DNA from: a virus
Taxonomy: Duplodnaviria; Caudoviricetes
Strand: one strand, 5' to 3'
Virus record (IMG/VR): IMGVR_UViG_3300043447_000514
Coordinates: 1-35,044 of that record
Length of the DNA stretch: 35,044 bases
Shown here piece by piece: positions 35,037 through 35,044 of this stretch. The position numbers were made by a program, and so were the translations under genes. Numbering within the stretch: position 1 is the first letter of the stretch; each line of letters starts with the position of its first letter. The notes beneath the pieces are model-generated. The model ran no database searches. It saw nothing but the letters and a program-made list of their open reading frames with translations, and had not been told where the DNA came from.

Positions 35037-35044
35037 GCGACGAG
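34855..35044. repeat. Terminal direct repeat, right copy
   Basis: Matches 1-190 with one mismatch; the ORF ending at 35036 and the ATG at 35033 mirror the stop at 182 and the ATG at 179. Confidence 0.97.

Larger units (their letters stand above)
1..35044. mobile_element. Complete temperate siphovirus-type actinobacteriophage (extrachromosomal form, attP intact)
   Basis: Full set of packaging, head, tail, lysis, lysogeny and replication genes; circular overlap; no host genes. Confidence 0.93.

Overview
Apparently complete, very GC-rich (about three-quarters G+C by eye) temperate actinobacteriophage genome of about 34.85 kb, assembled as a circle: bases 1-190 recur at 34855-35044 with one mismatch. 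The layout is siphovirus/HK97-like. HNH, TerS, TerL, portal, protease, capsid, connectors, tail tube, frameshifted chaperones, tape measure and tail tip genes occupy 1.5-18.8 kb, and a lysis cassette follows at 19-21.2 kb. An accessory island at 21.2-24.3 kb encodes an Abi_2/AbiF-like HEPN protein with a structured leader RNA, a stand-alone HsdR_N-type nuclease and a 6-TM voltage-gated K+ channel homolog. The lysogeny module (24.3-26.1 kb) has a short tyrosine integrase and an intact attP (3' half of a tRNA, most likely tRNA-Asn) lying inside the repressor gene, as in BPs-type integration-dependent immunity. It has two twists: a degenerate second copy of the att segment 72 bp away and an extra gene between repressor and integrase. 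Early/replication genes follow (resolvase, Dam-type methylase, Cas4-like exonuclease, J-domain protein, primase-helicase, iteron/palindrome origin candidate). All calls come from reading motifs by eye; no searches were run.
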